Part shown: positions 62,738 to 63,833 of the stretch, one piece after another | How positions within the stretch are numbered: position 1 is the first letter of the stretch | How the letters are laid out: each line of letters opens with the position of its first letter | Assembly: GCA_028534125.1 (NCBI GenBank) | Contig: CM052817.1 | Coordinates: 106,394,001-106,457,833 of the forward strand | DNA length: 63,833 nt | Direction of reading: 5' to 3' | DNA from: Lama glama | Lineage: Eukaryota | The notes under the pieces: model-generated | Database searches by the model: none | The model's input: only the letters and a program-made list of their open reading frames with translations | Told to the model about the DNA's origin: nothing | Translations under genes and position numbers: made by a program

Positions 62738-63250
62738 TGAGACAGGAGGGAAGAGGGCAGAGCACAGCCATTCAAGGAATGACACAGCAGTTAGCACCAA
62801 GATGGCAGGAGACTTGACTTCCAGTAGACCTTGAGCTTCATTATACACTCACTGTAATACATTAACCTGGTAAATGGCACACCCACAGGTGCCATGAAGT
62901 TTCTGAGGCTGACCATAAAAGGTCAAAAAGTGGGTGATGGCCCAGTTCCTGGGAATCCCAGCCTCTTCCCCAAGGCACTTGGAATAATCCTCCCACTTGT
63001 TAGCATATGAAGTCACCAAGGCCATAAAAACTAATCACCCCACACCTCTGGTCTCTCTTGCCTTCTAAGACACCTGCACTCTGTCTACAAAGTATGTATC
63101 TTTCTGAATAAATCTACTTTTACTCAACTACAGCTCACTCTTGAATTCTTTCCTGTGCGAAGCCAAGGACCCACACTTGACAGGGCACATCCCAAGGACT
63201 CCACCAAGACCTGGGACATTCCACCCTCTTGTGTGCCCCATTTTCCTGTA
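62738..63250 (+). mobile_element. MER41-like ERV1 solo LTR, complete
   Basis: TG start, TA (decayed CA) end, 4-bp TSD TTGG (62734-62737 and 63251-63254), AATAAA near 63107; MER41-type blocks acacccacaggtgccatga, aataatcctcccacttgttagcatat, tgaattctttcctgtgcgaagccaagg. Confidence 0.9.
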
Positions 63251-63287
63251 TTGGTGGGAGAGAAATTTCAAGTAAAATTTTTTTTGT

Positions 63288-63427
63288 GTATTTTATATAT
63301 ATATGTATATATATATATATATGTATATATGTATATATGTATATATATATATTTCAATTGAAGTATAGTCAGTTTATATTGTGTTAATTATTTATTTATT
63401 TTTATGCATATATATATATATATATAT
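63288..63427. repeat. (TA)-rich microsatellites flanking a very short minus-strand L1 tail
   Basis: TA runs; attgaagtatagtcagttta matches the L1 extreme 3' end. Confidence 0.85.
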
Positions 63428-63833
63428 TTCTGCTGAAGTATAAAAATTTGTTTATAGTTAACAGATTCAGAAATTAAACCTTGAAAAATAAACTAAGCAT
63501 GTCTTAATTCTTTAAAGCTCATTGTGCAGAAGTATGCGAGCACAGACACTGGGTTAGGATTTTCAGAACCAGAGCTGAAGAATCGATTTAGGAGAGCCAA
63601 ATTAGAACAAGAGAAGCCCATAAAATAACTCACATAAAAAGAAACTTTTTTGACTCCATATAACCACACAATGAAAAGTTCTACAGAATTATACACATTA
63701 TTTAATTTTAAGGTGAAAACAAAATTAAGTATCAATATAAGGAATAGTTTATTTGTCATAAAACAGTCATTATCTTTATAAAGTTACCATCACCATCCAT
63801 TGCTGTGTGCTGATCTGATAGTGTTTGAATCCT

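Noticed and set aside
63518..63628. Protein-like frame LIVQKYASTDTGLGFSEPELKNRFRRAKLEQEKPIK as a terminal exon
   Set aside because: Weak acceptor (ttctttaaag), no recognisable homology and a length expected by chance; BLASTx could revive it
1..63833. CRISPR array, operon or other prokaryote-type system
   Set aside because: The sequence is mammalian; there are no regularly spaced repeat-spacer units and no intact gene cluster

Overview
AT-rich, repeat-dense mammalian genomic DNA with no protein-coding exon I can recognise, so it is intergenic or deep-intronic. Six tRNA-Ala(AGC)-derived SINEs of Vic-1 type and artiodactyl-type L1 3' ends point to a camelid (inference). The window is a stack of dead retroelements: many L1 fragments, L2/MIR relics, a MER46C-like DNA transposon, two decayed ERV1 (MER4-group) proviruses, two ERVL internal remnants, and solo LTRs including three MER41-like copies. 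All longer ORFs in the track are broken L1/ERV frames or chance ORFs. The most unusual object is a 642-bp insert (26129-26770, minus strand) bounded by a 16-bp target-site duplication inside an ERVL reverse transcriptase gene. It joins a full-length H/ACA snoRNA copy (SNORA11/U107-like), about 176 nt of apparent downstream host intron, an A-run and an old L1 3' end, i.e. a chimeric snoRNA retroposon. I see no evidence for a new multi-gene system. Family names come from remembered consensus sequences, not database searches, and boundaries of old repeats are approximate.
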